Shown here piece by piece: positions 29,674 to 40,930 of a DNA stretch of 64,000 nt. Below the pieces are notes generated by a model. It was not told the DNA's origin and ran no database searches. It saw only the letters and a program-made list of their open reading frames with translations. The stretch is from IMG/VR virus record IMGVR_UViG_3300042731_005935, positions 19,164 through 83,163 of that record. One strand, written 5' to 3'. The translations under genes were made by a program, and so were the position numbers. The stretch's first letter is position 1. The number at the start of each line of letters is the position of its first letter. The stretch is from a virus.

Positions 29674-30783
29674 CTATAATTCCTTGCCACCAAGTTGATC
29701 AATTTCTCCATCAAAAGCTTCCTCAACTCGGTTCCAAATTCTTTCGACTTTTCTGGAGAGTTTATCCTCAAGACCGCGTTTCTTAACTTCCGATGCAAAC
29801 TTCAGCCAGTTTGCTTCTGAAGTATCGAGACCTTTCCATTTTTCGATCTTGTGCTTTTTCAGGTAATTTGCCATGGCGATAACATCACTCATACCATGGT
29901 TTCGAATAATGACAAATTCTTGAGTGTTGAATGCCGGCCCAACTTTGCTTCTTTCAACATTAACTCCGCAAAGTGTTCCATAAACCCTGTATTCTCCGAG
30001 GCGTTGTTTGGAGAGTTTCTTGATTACTCTTATCCATGGCACCAGGTGAGTGTAGAAGTTAAGAGCATCTCCACCACTCCTGTATTGTTTCTTTCCAAAT
30101 GTAATGCCGATCCTTGATTTTGTTTGACTGATGATAATCAAAGTGGCGTCCACCTTGTTGCTTTCGATAAGTTCACAAACATCGGCGAAAAACTGCCAGG
30201 CAAATTGTTGCTTTTTCAGTTTCATGCTTTTGGCAATATCTTCATCCTTTGTTTCCCTGATCTTGTTATCATGGATCGATCGGAAGGAATCCCATGAATC
30301 GATGATATAAAGAAGAGCCTCTCCTTTTTTGAGTTTGTCCGCCTCTTCAAGAAAGTCCCGGCCGGCGGATTCAATTGTTTTACTCCTCCGCCATGTTATC
30401 ATCTTTTCGAATTTCTCTCCATACATGCGTTTCAATGGAAAGTCCATAACTCCCTCTCCATTATTATACACGACTTTAGCTTTTTTTACCTTGCCAAATA
30501 TGTTGCTTTTGATGGAGTAAATGAATTTCAGGAACCAGAAGACAAGTTCAAGAGCAAGCAATGTCTTTCCGCTTGATCCATCTCCTACAATATTTGAAAC
30601 TCTGGCACGTGGCCACCCAAACTTTGCTAAACCAGTTAGAGCAAGATTGAGCATTGTGGCACCAGAAGTAAAGAACTCAACCTTTTTGCTCCTCTCCCTG
30701 GAACCTTTCTTCGATTTCCCTGACAATTTCACGGACTTTGCGAGAGTCTGCGTTTTCTTCCTCCGTTTCGGTAATACCTTCAT
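29674..30783 (-). CDS. recA: RecA/UvsX recombinase
   Basis: TSGATMLNLAL, GDGSSGKT, IIDS, SGGDALNFY. Confidence 0.9.
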   Translation of the reverse strand: MKVLPKRRKKTQTLAKSVKLSGKSKKGSRERSKKVEFFTSGATMLNLALTGLAKFGWPRARVSNIVGDGSSGKTLLALELVFWFLKFIYSIKSNIFGKVKKAKVVYNNGEGVMDFPLKRMYGEKFEKMITWRRSKTIESAGRDFLEEADKLKKGEALLYIIDSWDSFRSIHDNKIRETKDEDIAKSMKLKKQQFAWQFFADVCELIESNKVDATLIIISQTKSRIGITFGKKQYRSGGDALNFYTHLVPWIRVIKKLSKQRLGEYRVYGTLCGVNVERSKVGPAFNTQEFVIIRNHGMSDVIAMANYLKKHKIEKWKGLDTSEANWLKFASEVKKRGLEDKLSRKVERIWNRVEEAFDGEIDQLGGKEL

Positions 30784-31890
30784 AGTTCCTCCCATTTCTT
30801 ACGCCGCGCTTTCCTTTGTTAAATTCAATCATACTTCTTTTAAGGAATTCAATACTGTTAATTAAATCCCTCGTGGTGAACTTTTTGGAGTTATCTCCAA
30901 TAATAGATTCATTCCTATAGATTTCCTCGGAAAATCCTTTGCTTGAGTAAATTCCAATTTTAATATCAATCTTCGGCATCTTTTTCTCCAATTTCTTCAA
31001 AGCTAACCGTAAATACTTGGAGGACGACATACTTTTGACCAGGAACGGTTAAATCTATTATTGCGGCATTAATTTCGTCTTTACTGCCAGATTTTATAAA
31101 TTGGAGCCTTCCTTTTGTATGGATGCGGAAGAGTCCAAGTTCTGTGTGATATTGGAAATTCAAAGGTTCTGTAGGCATATCCATTTTCCTTATATCTTTA
31201 ATGCTTCAGTAAGTTGCTCCGGCCATGGATGACCAGACTCTGCCAGATAGTTATTTATTAATGCTTTGATATCAAATATGCGTTTATTGGTGGAAGCAAA
31301 GTCTCCGTGGAAAAGTGAGAGCGCCCGATACATTCCAGCTTCAAGTTCTCTCCTGAAATTTGAATTTGGATTTATGTCATAGAAAGAAATTTCGTAAAAT
31401 TTTTCACCATATTTAATAATAATTTTAGTAGGAATATTGCCCATTATTTTCTCCTCCTTAGAATGGAATATCATCCTCCCTATCTTCTACTTTCTTATCA
31501 TATTGGTAAAATTTTCTATCATAATCCTCATTTATCTGTGGTTTCGGTGTTCTTTTTACTTTTGAATTTTTAATGTATTTTAGAATCCCGGTTGCAGCAG
31601 CTTTCCAATGGTCTCTCCTTGGGATCTTATTTGCTGGTTTGGATGCTCTATCAATAATCCGTATAAGTCTTTTATATAGGTAGTTTGGGATAACATAGCA
31701 TTTTATCCTCGGAGTATAATTCATCGCTCGATTAATAGAATTAAATTCTACATCTGTATAGAAAATTTGAGCAAGAAAAGCGCCAGGCTTCTTCTTCTCG
31801 GACATGCGAGTTAAAACTTTAGTTGCGCCTTCCATTTTCTTCACTTGCTCTGGAGTTAATTCGATTTCAATTTGCAGGATTGGTTTCATT

Positions 31891-32259
31891 TTATTCTTTC
31901 TTGTAACGAAGATATTTCCTATTGTAGTGAAGATATTTCCACACTTTGTGGCTTTTTAAAATCATTGACCGTTCAACATTATTTGTAGAAATATCTCCTC
32001 TTTGTGCCATCAAATGGATTGCAAACATCAAATGTCCGAGTTCCGTTTCAAGATCTCCACGGTTGTTATACTCAATACCTTCGAAACTCGCGTGGTAACC
32101 GTGTCTCTGGATTTTACCGATTATTTGTAATACTTCACCGATTTCTTCCACGAGAAGTGAAAATCGTTCGTATTCTTCCGGAGTCATCGTGTCATAGCCA
32201 GATGGAGGTGGATGATTTTTCATTGAATTGTTTTTCCTTCTTTCACAATAAGGTTGCAA
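31891..32259 (-). CDS. MazG-like nucleotide pyrophosphohydrolase
   Basis: LVEEIGEV...KIQRHG...LETELG. Confidence 0.75.
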   Translation of the reverse strand: MQPYCERRKNNSMKNHPPPSGYDTMTPEEYERFSLLVEEIGEVLQIIGKIQRHGYHASFEGIEYNNRGDLETELGHLMFAIHLMAQRGDISTNNVERSMILKSHKVWKYLHYNRKYLRYKKE

Positions 32260-32392
32260 AGTATCGCCTCATTTTCATCGATATTCCGGTCAAGATGACA
32301 TTGACACCTCCAGTCTGGTTTTTCTTCTCCGACCGGGTTATTGCGGAATAATGGTTCATCAAAACAACTGACATAGCAAACAGAGCAATGCA

Positions 32393-32938
32393 TCACAACC
32401 TCCTATCGGAAGTAAAGGACATTATGATTCTTTTGATTTGGTTTATTTCGGAATGTGTGAAATGGATTTCTTCCGTTTCAAGTTTATATTCCTCTGCCTT
32501 CTTGAGCCAATATCTATCGCGTTCCTCGTCATCACTCTGGTAAATAAGTTCATAATATATTTTAGTGATTCCGACTCGTTTGATATTCTTTAGACAGTGA
32601 ATGCATGGGAATAAAGTGCAGTAAAGAACAGAACCACGGAGACCGATTCCGCCGAATTCTGCTATTTGGTTGATGGCGTTTTGTTCTGCATGAATCGATG
32701 GGCAGTCCTGGTACTTTTTAATTCCGGAATCATCTCTTCCAAGTTCTCTCCGCAAACAGAATTTGGGCCCTTTATCCGTGCATTGCGGCTCGCCAGGCAT
32801 ACTGCCATTATAGCCGGTTGCAACGACTCGCCTACCGGAAACAATTACTGCTCCGGTAGGACGAGAGTTGCAACCGGACCTCACGGCGGCCAGTTTTGCC
32901 AACGCCATGAAGTACTTATTCCAAGGAAGCCGGTTCAT
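32393..32938 (-). CDS. dCMP deaminase
   Basis: ATGYNG, HAEQNA, PCIHC. Confidence 0.92.
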   Translation of the reverse strand: MNRLPWNKYFMALAKLAAVRSGCNSRPTGAVIVSGRRVVATGYNGSMPGEPQCTDKGPKFCLRRELGRDDSGIKKYQDCPSIHAEQNAINQIAEFGGIGLRGSVLYCTLFPCIHCLKNIKRVGITKIYYELIYQSDDEERDRYWLKKAEEYKLETEEIHFTHSEINQIKRIIMSFTSDRRL

Positions 32939-33261
32939 TAATCTGCCGCTCTGGAATACGGAAATTTCCGCATCCGCAGGGCACATTCAAAAGCATCGCG
33001 GAGTTTTTCGTCCGAAGCATGGAAGTTTTCTTTGATCCATTCAAGGACGATTCTGGGCGACGAAGCATCTTGGGCCCGCAAGGTAAACATTTCCTCATCG
33101 TCTCCAATTTTAACCAATGTTGGACATGTTGATTTAAGTGCCATATTTCTTCTCCTTTCTTTAGTTAAAGTATATCATATAAAGAACCCCTAATGATATA
33201 CCAATCCATATTCCGGATGAAAAGCCTTGCCACCAAATTTTCCAAAAATCTTTTTTGTTAT

Positions 33262-34017
33262 TCATTTAATTTCATCAATCCTTTTCTCCCTGGGATTCTT
33301 CCGAAGATAAGCTGCTACCGCTTCAATCTGATAATGATAACAGTGGAGTCCTTGGGAGTAAAACGAAAGTGGGCCGGGTTCAATACCGAGTTGGTCGGCG
33401 ATGTATTGGTTAAGGAGTGTAAATCCTCCCATATTCTCCGGGAACCCAGCATATAAGTCCCATGAACGGTAAACAATGCCAAGAAGTACTTTCTTGGCTT
33501 TGACTTTGATATCAAGACCTCGAAGACATGGCGATGTCCTCCGCTCGGTTTCAGTCGTGTAAGGGATATCATAATTGAAGTTGATTCGTGGGTCGCCAAC
33601 AGTAATAAAACAATGGTTGTTTCCGAATCCTTTGGTGGCAAGATGTCTAATGCACCAATCAAGCTGAGTGATCATTGCTCCGCTGAATGGATGTGCAAAG
33701 TGACCATTGATCCATGTAGAATACCTGTACTCCTCATTTGGATTGAGTTCAGGGTCCATAAGATAGTTGGTGAAGTACTTCTCGATTTCTTCATCCGTAG
33801 TGGTTGCAGGAATGCCGGTTGGCATGATTGGTGCAAGCGGACGGGTATGCGGGTAGTGAATGAATCCAGCGGCGACCGGGAATTCTAATCTTCCGCCGCC
33901 CTTGCCTGAACCTTCATCAATAGCGATATTGTATCCGGTTTCGTAGCATTTTGAAATCAATTGGAAGTATGCTTCATCCAACGTCATTGCTTCGACAAAT
34001 GCTGGGACGAATTTCAT
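33262..34017 (-). CDS. thyA: Thymidylate synthase (short, archaeal-like type)
   Basis: Catalytic PCL, RSWD, FPEN (Asn implies dUMP specificity), LHCY. Confidence 0.8.
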   Translation of the reverse strand: MKFVPAFVEAMTLDEAYFQLISKCYETGYNIAIDEGSGKGGGRLEFPVAAGFIHYPHTRPLAPIMPTGIPATTTDEEIEKYFTNYLMDPELNPNEEYRYSTWINGHFAHPFSGAMITQLDWCIRHLATKGFGNNHCFITVGDPRINFNYDIPYTTETERRTSPCLRGLDIKVKAKKVLLGIVYRSWDLYAGFPENMGGFTLLNQYIADQLGIEPGPLSFYSQGLHCYHYQIEAVAAYLRKNPREKRIDEIK

Positions 34018-34383
34018 TTTACCTCCTCCTTTTTTTCAAGAACACCTCCGCAACAACATAAATCTCCGTCATCAAACGGCGCTGATTCCTCATAGCCACA
34101 GTTTTCACAACAGAGTAAATCTTTCATTGAAATCCGATTTGAAATTGTTGCGGATATTTTTTGCTAATGCTTCTTGCATATCATGAAGACAAGCGGAACA
34201 GATTCTTAAACTCCTACTCCGGTTATTTAATTTTGTATCCATGAAGGTTGTTTTTGGAATACATAGAACTTGTGAAGCAAACCGCTGGCAGAAGTCGCAT
34301 GGATATTCCATGCTAAAGCTGTTTGCTTCTGTTCGCTTATTTCGAAGGATATTGAATTGGGTCATTTCCCCTACCTTTTATGG

Positions 34384-35559
34384 TTAATCATTGATTCCGA
34401 GTTCGTCGCAAATTTCATCCCGGAGGTCATCAATGCTGTCCTTGTCATAATCATCGATATCAACGTCCAGGCCTTCTTCTTTGATTAACTTCTTCAGTTT
34501 AACCCAGGACATGTCGTCAATATCGTCCCGGTCGTAATCTGGCTCATTGTCATCTCCGCCGCTATTTTCTTCCGCTTCTTCCAATCTCTCCTTCAGATAG
34601 GCAATAACCTTCTTCTTCTCCTTCTTAAACCTGCCTTTCTCATCGAAGTCAGCATCATCCAGGTCATTATCATCAACAAATTCCTCCAATTCGTCCATTT
34701 TATCGATGTCTTCCAATTCATCGATCAATTCCTGGATTTCTTCGACGGCATTGGCGACGCCATCTTCAGTGCCACCTTTCGGTTCGCCTACGTCGCCATC
34801 TTCGAGACAGGATGCATCTTTGATTTCGTCATAGGTTGCAATTACAACAATTTCATCCAAGACGAAAGCGGCATCCAGGATATCGTCATCAATTTCATAT
34901 TCCCGGTCATCAAAAGAGTGGCCAACAAAGGATGGAAAGTCATTTTTACTTTTTGCAGGCTCGATGGTAAACGTAATGGACTTGCCATCTTCAGGATGGA
35001 CAAAGTTAACTGTCTTTTCCTCTTTGCCATCCCGACTCGGTTTGCGACTAATAGCCATCAATTGTTTTTCGAAGTAATACCATGAAACATCCCAAATTTG
35101 GACACCCTTCTTTGCTTCCTTCTTGTCGTCGTATGAAATAACGTTGTAAAGATTACGAGTCTTTGGAAAGTAATCTTTATACCGGTCATCATCCTTATCC
35201 CGAAGTTTTTGGCGATATTCGCAAATCGGACATTTTTTATCAAACATTGCCGGGCAAATATATTGCTTATTGGCAGGGCCGACGTTCGTATGGACTTGGT
35301 ATTCAAAAGTATAAGTCGGACTTCCTTCCTCAGTTGCAGGATCACGTTTGCCGGCCAGGTAGGGAATAATATCAATAATATGAGTCCCATCCTTCGGTTT
35401 CCAGATCGGAAGACTTTTGTCCTCCGGGAAGATATTCGAGCGGCGACCTTTTGACTTTTGTTGACCGGTCTTTATCCGTTTCTGAAGACCATTACCTTTA
35501 AATAATCTTGCCTTCCGACTTTCTTTTGTTGATTTCTTTTCTTTGCGATTTCTTTTCAT
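34384..35559 (-). CDS. ssDNA-binding protein (T4 gp32-like) with acidic C-terminal repeats
   Basis: H...ICP..FDKKCPICE zinc site, RNLYNV, GVQIWD; very acidic tail. Confidence 0.75.
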   Translation of the reverse strand: MKRNRKEKKSTKESRKARLFKGNGLQKRIKTGQQKSKGRRSNIFPEDKSLPIWKPKDGTHIIDIIPYLAGKRDPATEEGSPTYTFEYQVHTNVGPANKQYICPAMFDKKCPICEYRQKLRDKDDDRYKDYFPKTRNLYNVISYDDKKEAKKGVQIWDVSWYYFEKQLMAISRKPSRDGKEEKTVNFVHPEDGKSITFTIEPAKSKNDFPSFVGHSFDDREYEIDDDILDAAFVLDEIVVIATYDEIKDASCLEDGDVGEPKGGTEDGVANAVEEIQELIDELEDIDKMDELEEFVDDNDLDDADFDEKGRFKKEKKKVIAYLKERLEEAEENSGGDDNEPDYDRDDIDDMSWVKLKKLIKEEGLDVDIDDYDKDSIDDLRDEICDELGIND

Positions 35560-35721
35560 GGAAAATTCCTCCTTTTCTACCCCGTTTTAGGTCTTTAGCT
35601 TGGTAAATACTTTTTGCAATTGCTAAGGTTAGAAGTCTTACAAATATGTAAACGATTGCTACACATACAAGCAATGCGCTAAATGCCATAAATCCGTTTC
35701 CGATTATTTCAATTATATTTC

Positions 35722-36252
35722 TCATTTATATCCTCGCCGCCGTTTTAATTTTCTGTTTCCACTTGGTCGGTAAGTCCCACGTAATTGATTTTCAATATCC
35801 TTGCGTGTGTCTTCACTCATACGCTTTTGCTCTTCACGCGGTACACGGACATCTCCTTCCATTTTTTTATTCCGATAGTAAAGATAGGCTTCAAGCATAC
35901 GCTTCCGCTGTTCAAATGCTTTCTCTGCCTTTTTCAATAGATTAAAGTTTGTCCTTGCGTGTGTCCACTTGCGCCGGGCGCGTTTTACTTTGCTGTTAGA
36001 ATTAAGGGCGGATTTGATTGCGCCTTCGGTAATATTCGAATCGGAATCGAAGTACTTATCAGGATTTGTTCTGATATCATATTCCACATCGATCAAAACC
36101 AGGTCATAATTATCTTTTGCATCATCCCGTTCAACTTCTGCTTCCGCTGTGGCCTGGGCCCAGTCGTAGTACTTTTGTGGTTGCTCCAGCAATTCATCGT
36201 CCAAACGGTGCTTGTTGATTCTCAAATCCGCCCTATATCTATTTTTTGCCAT
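35722..36252 (-). CDS. UvsY-like recombination mediator
   Basis: DLRINKHRLDDEL.EQP, ITEGAIKS, AFEQRKRML; lies near the SSB gene. Confidence 0.65.
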   Translation of the reverse strand: MAKNRYRADLRINKHRLDDELLEQPQKYYDWAQATAEAEVERDDAKDNYDLVLIDVEYDIRTNPDKYFDSDSNITEGAIKSALNSNSKVKRARRKWTHARTNFNLLKKAEKAFEQRKRMLEAYLYYRNKKMEGDVRVPREEQKRMSEDTRKDIENQLRGTYRPSGNRKLKRRRGYK

Positions 36253-36410
36253 TATTCGGTTTCTCCAGCCTCTTGCGCGTCGGCGTCAATGTAGCCTTCA
36301 TTCCAGATTTTAATATCTCTTTCCTTTGTATAAGGACAGGAATCGGAACTTTCCCCTTTTCTGAATGCTTCCGCGCCTTTGTAGTAAATATTCAATTGCT
36401 TTTTATTCAT
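36252..36410 (-). CDS. RMF (ribosome modulation factor)-like small protein, 52 aa, not in the ORF track
   Basis: RBS GGAGG; YYKGAEAFRKGESSDSCPY......WNEGY matches the RMF pattern G..A...G.....CPY......W..GW. Confidence 0.6.
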   Translation of the reverse strand: MNKKQLNIYYKGAEAFRKGESSDSCPYTKERDIKIWNEGYIDADAQEAGETE

Positions 36411-37495
36411 TTTCCCTCCTTAATCTTGTTTTCGGTTTTCCTTGCTAATCTTGTAGCACCAAGTGGTTTGAATACATTCTTTTGGTGTGCAACCTTGATC
36501 ATATGGATAATTAGTGCAGGGTACCATGTGGCAGGCAAATTAGAAAGAATATTTATTAAGTTATCCCATCCGAGAGCATCAATACCAGCGCATTTTGGAA
36601 GTATTTGATCTTTACTTCCAAAATGCGCCTCACCAGATTTCTGATCACCTCCTAAGATTATATCTCCACAATGAAAACATCTGTAATGTTGGGCTTGATA
36701 ATCGATTGAAAGTGGATTGAAATGGCATTCCCATGCTTGATGGTCATTATCTCCGCAGACGGCGCAGCAATTACCATCTGGTTTTAATTGTTCCATGGCA
36801 AGTTTGCATTTATGTATTATTTCTACATAGTCGCGTTCTGTCGGCAATCTTTTCGGTTTAGGTATCTGCATAGCTAAATCCTAAATGTTTCTTGCTTAAT
36901 ATTGTTTTTCTCCGCTTTTTTCTTCTGGGCAGCATTGATTTTGCGAAGTTTGTGTCCGCATTTCCGGATGAAACGCATTCGCCTTTGAAAAGTCTTCAAG
37001 GTATACATTTCACCAACGCGCAGGACAAATAATTCATCATTTTCTTTCTTATCGATAGTGAATAGGGCGTCGACCTTTCCTTTAGTGGTGATGTATGTAT
37101 CACGGAAGACATTATAGGATTGATTGAGGTACTGGTTTGGTAGTTCTTCGCGGCGTAATGCTTCAATTTTAACCACCTCAATTTTCACCGACGGAGTTGT
37201 CAACATTTGATCGCTGTGGAGTTTTCTTTGATATTGTTTAGCTTTTATTATTATTGCCATTTTCTCCCTCCTTTTAGTTTTTTATTTCATGTATTTTAAA
37301 TTTTATTCTTAAAAATGGTTTAATATTTTCGGCAAATATTTTTGGATTAATATTTTCAGTCCCGGATGTATGACTAAGTTCCTGAATCGGATGAACCTGT
37401 CTGTGTTCAAGTATTATTTCCTCGATTATAACGTCATTTCTCGGTCTGGCATAATCGATTACTTCATTGATTAATTTGTCTATTATTTTCATTTT

Positions 37496-40400
37496 TTATC
37501 TCCTTCTCTTCCTATTATATACTGTTTTATCAGAAAGTCCGGGCGCTAATATCCGCATTAATCGGAAGAAATTTTTCATCCCTGCGATATAAAATGATTT
37601 ATTATCAGGATTATGGAATGTTGCTGCTGGATGTAAACACCAAGCAATCCAACAACCATACTTTTCATTCCATGTAGTTCTGCCGCTCATTCCGGTAATA
37701 CCAGATTTTATTCCTTCAAAGAATTGAAGAGAAGTGTTACCAAATGCAAGAATTAAAACGGGTTTAATTTGCTTTAATTCATCATTAAGATATCTGGAAG
37801 TACATTCTTGAATTTGCTTTGAGTTTGGTTTTCTACTTTTGCTTGGATAGCATTTATTGATATTGGTTACATGAAATAATGATCGTTCATATCCTTTTCG
37901 ATTTATATCTCCCCAGAGTAACCCTCCTGCCGGTGCTTCTTCGTAAAAACCCCAACCAAATTGGTCTTCCTTTGGACCAGGTGCTTCTCCAGCTAATACT
38001 ATATTATATTTTCCTGGGCTGGGCATAACAGGTCGATGGCATTCATTTCTCAATTTGCAAGCAGTACAGGATTGTAGTTCATAATATCCATATTTCTTGA
38101 ATCTTCTCCTTTTAACTGCATTGCCGCCAAGTTTTTTAAGTTCTTTTGTCTCCCCATTCAAAGTATTATCAAGTCGATCCAAACGGATACTACCTCCAAA
38201 GAGATTATAAAGATTTTTGTAATTCTCTTTTGGATTAGAAACCACTCTAAAATCAAAGTATTCACGCATTTCTTCGGTAATTGTTGTGTCAGTTGGATCA
38301 TATGCCTTGATGGCATCGAGTTTCTTTCCCAGATCACCAGGATGTCTTTTTATCTTTTTAACTTTCATTTTATTTTCCTTATTAAAGAATTTAGTAATTC
38401 CAGGATCATCGTCTTTTATTCCACCACCTCTTGCTGCCTCAACTGCTTTGACAGGTCCAAGTCCTCCAACTTCTTTAAATGGAATAAAAAGCATATTATC
38501 ACGCGCAACCCACTTGGTAGCATGGCTGATACCAATCTTCGGCAGTCGCATTACAAGTCCGAGCCGATATGCTTCTTCCACAATCTCTCTTTTTTTCTCT
38601 TTTGCTCCAAATGTTAATGATGCACAAATAAACTCTGTCGGATAGTAATGCTTTATCCACATACACCACATTCCAAGGATTGCATATTCCACAGCATGGG
38701 CCCGGTTGAAACCATATCGTGACCACTTTTGCAAACCAGCCCAGAATTGCGTTGCTTCACGTTCTGAGAATATCTTCGTTTTCCGGCAACCGCGCATGAA
38801 CTTCCGTTCGAACTTCTTAAATTCTTTGGCATCACGTTTCTTACCAATAATTTTTCGGATTTTATCTGCCGTTTCATATGGTAGACCAGCAACCTTATTA
38901 ATTACTGCCATAATCTGCTCTTGAAAGACAAGAAGTCCGTAGGTATCAGAAGTTAATTCTTCATAAACATGGTGCATTTTGTCCCAGTGTTCTCCACGTT
39001 TTCTCTTTATATAATTATCGGTCATTCCCGATTCAGTTGGGCCGGGTCGTACGAGAGAGATTGCATGGGCTATATGATTAAACTCTTCCACACCCATGTC
39101 TTTGATCAAATTTGTCATTGCCCAAGTATTTATTTGAAATGCTCCTACCGTATTGCCCTCACTTATCTCCTTTAGCACTTGTGGGTTTTCAAGTTCAAGG
39201 AGATCAAGTTCGATGTTTTTGTTGTGGTTCTGTTTAATGAGTTCGATGGCATGGGATAGAATAGAGAGGAGTTTTAATCCAAGGGAGTCAAGTTTCATCA
39301 AACCGACAAATTCTGTATCATCCTTCTCCCAATTAATGTTTCTTCCTTTTTTGGTATCGATAAGAACACAACGACCAGACTTGCCGATTTCTTGCATGGA
39401 AACAATGATCGCCGCGGCGTGCTTTCCATAGTTCTTTACCTGCCCTGCAAGTTGTTTTGCATACTTAATTATCCTCGGATAATTCTCTGCAAACTCTTGA
39501 CAGACCTGGTATTCATCAATAGCGTTTTGAATCTTTTCCGCTTCGGTACCAGGGAACTTATCATCAATCATTTTTGTAAAAGAGTTCGCTTCACCTTCGC
39601 TAACCTCAAAAACTCTGGCGACGTCTTTGACTGCCGCTTTTGCTTTCATTCTATTGAAAGAAGAAACACCGGAAATATTTCCTTCCCCATATAATTCTTC
39701 CAAATGTTCCTTAATAAGGTGGCGCTTTGTGTCTTCAAAATCAATATCAATATCCGGATAGTCAATACGATCTTTGTTAATAAATCGATCAAAAATCAAA
39801 TTGTGTTTTATTGGATCAACAGAAGTAATTCCGAGGAGATAAGCCATTAAACTTCCGCCAACAGAACCGCGGCCGGGTCCAATTAAGATTCCTTGTTTCT
39901 TGCACCAACTGCATAGTTCCCATACAATTAGAAAGTATCGTGTAAACTTTTTCTCCACGATAAGGTCGTATTCCATCTTTAATCGCTCTTTGTATTCAGT
40001 ATTATGGGAAACACTTCGATGGAATCGATCCCTATAACCGTCCACGCAAAGTTGCCAAAGTGTTTTGTTTTCTTTGTCTGGATCAATACCTGGGACATGT
40101 GGAAGTTTAATGTCTCGTTTTGGGATTCTGTAGTCCGAACATTTTTCTGCAATCTCTAAAGTATTAATAAGGAATTTTTCATTATATATTCCAACCGCTT
40201 TCATTGCTCGGATCATTTCGTTAGTTTTACGAAGATGAAGTCCGTGGAATCCAAAACTCCATCTTTTAGGATCATTCCATGTTACCTTACGCTGAATTGC
40301 GAGAAGTACATCATGGACTTTCCAATCAGACCGATCAATATAATGGCAGTCATTAGTGACGATTACTTTTACTCTTGTTTCTTTGGCAAGTTTCAGGATT

Positions 40401-40930
40401 CTTTTGTTATGCTCCGCCTGGATTTTAATATCATGAGGCATTAATTCCAGATATAGATCATCTTTCATTCTTTTATGGAGTTTATGAAAGAAATCAATAC
40501 CGCCTTCAACATTAATGAAACTCATAACACAAGCAGTTCCAATAACCAGTCCGCGTCTGTATTTCATCAAAGTTTTGAAATCAATTCTTGGTTTGTAGTG
40601 ATAGCCCTCCAGATTTGCTATGGTTAGCATTTTGCAGAGATTTCGAAATCCGGTGTTATTTTTTATCCATAAAGAGACGTGACCTCGGACCGCTTTCTTC
40701 TTCCATTCATTGACCAGGTAACCTTCGCAACCGAGAATTGGTTTGATTCCTGCCTGGTCACATGCTTTCTGGAATTTAATAAGTCCATCGATATTACCGT
40801 GATCAGTACAGGCCAAGAATTTCTGACCATTAGCCACGGCCTTCTCCGCATATTTGGACGCAGAGCCGAATCCATCAAGTTGAGAATATTCGGAGTGGAG
40901 ATGTAAATGGCAAAAGTCTTCTTTATTCAT
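37496..40930 (-). CDS. dnaE: DNA polymerase III alpha fused to a C-terminal family-4 uracil-DNA glycosylase domain
   Basis: PHP HLHSEYS..DG; GRGSVGGS, PDIDID, KLDSLG, YGFNRAHA; then CTAC..., GEAPG, HPAA. Confidence 0.92.
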   Translation of the reverse strand: MNKEDFCHLHLHSEYSQLDGFGSASKYAEKAVANGQKFLACTDHGNIDGLIKFQKACDQAGIKPILGCEGYLVNEWKKKAVRGHVSLWIKNNTGFRNLCKMLTIANLEGYHYKPRIDFKTLMKYRRGLVIGTACVMSFINVEGGIDFFHKLHKRMKDDLYLELMPHDIKIQAEHNKRILKLAKETRVKVIVTNDCHYIDRSDWKVHDVLLAIQRKVTWNDPKRWSFGFHGLHLRKTNEMIRAMKAVGIYNEKFLINTLEIAEKCSDYRIPKRDIKLPHVPGIDPDKENKTLWQLCVDGYRDRFHRSVSHNTEYKERLKMEYDLIVEKKFTRYFLIVWELCSWCKKQGILIGPGRGSVGGSLMAYLLGITSVDPIKHNLIFDRFINKDRIDYPDIDIDFEDTKRHLIKEHLEELYGEGNISGVSSFNRMKAKAAVKDVARVFEVSEGEANSFTKMIDDKFPGTEAEKIQNAIDEYQVCQEFAENYPRIIKYAKQLAGQVKNYGKHAAAIIVSMQEIGKSGRCVLIDTKKGRNINWEKDDTEFVGLMKLDSLGLKLLSILSHAIELIKQNHNKNIELDLLELENPQVLKEISEGNTVGAFQINTWAMTNLIKDMGVEEFNHIAHAISLVRPGPTESGMTDNYIKRKRGEHWDKMHHVYEELTSDTYGLLVFQEQIMAVINKVAGLPYETADKIRKIIGKKRDAKEFKKFERKFMRGCRKTKIFSEREATQFWAGLQKWSRYGFNRAHAVEYAILGMWCMWIKHYYPTEFICASLTFGAKEKKREIVEEAYRLGLVMRLPKIGISHATKWVARDNMLFIPFKEVGGLGPVKAVEAARGGGIKDDDPGITKFFNKENKMKVKKIKRHPGDLGKKLDAIKAYDPTDTTITEEMREYFDFRVVSNPKENYKNLYNLFGGSIRLDRLDNTLNGETKELKKLGGNAVKRRRFKKYGYYELQSCTACKLRNECHRPVMPSPGKYNIVLAGEAPGPKEDQFGWGFYEEAPAGGLLWGDINRKGYERSLFHVTNINKCYPSKSRKPNSKQIQECTSRYLNDELKQIKPVLILAFGNTSLQFFEGIKSGITGMSGRTTWNEKYGCWIAWCLHPAATFHNPDNKSFYIAGMKNFFRLMRILAPGLSDKTVYNRKRRR

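Noticed and set aside
33262-34017. dCMP hydroxymethylase feeding DNA glycosylation
   Set aside because: The specificity residue is Asn (PEN), as in dUMP-acting enzymes, and the glycosyltransferases lie in a different, oppositely oriented module; a dUMP hydroxymethylase is not fully excluded
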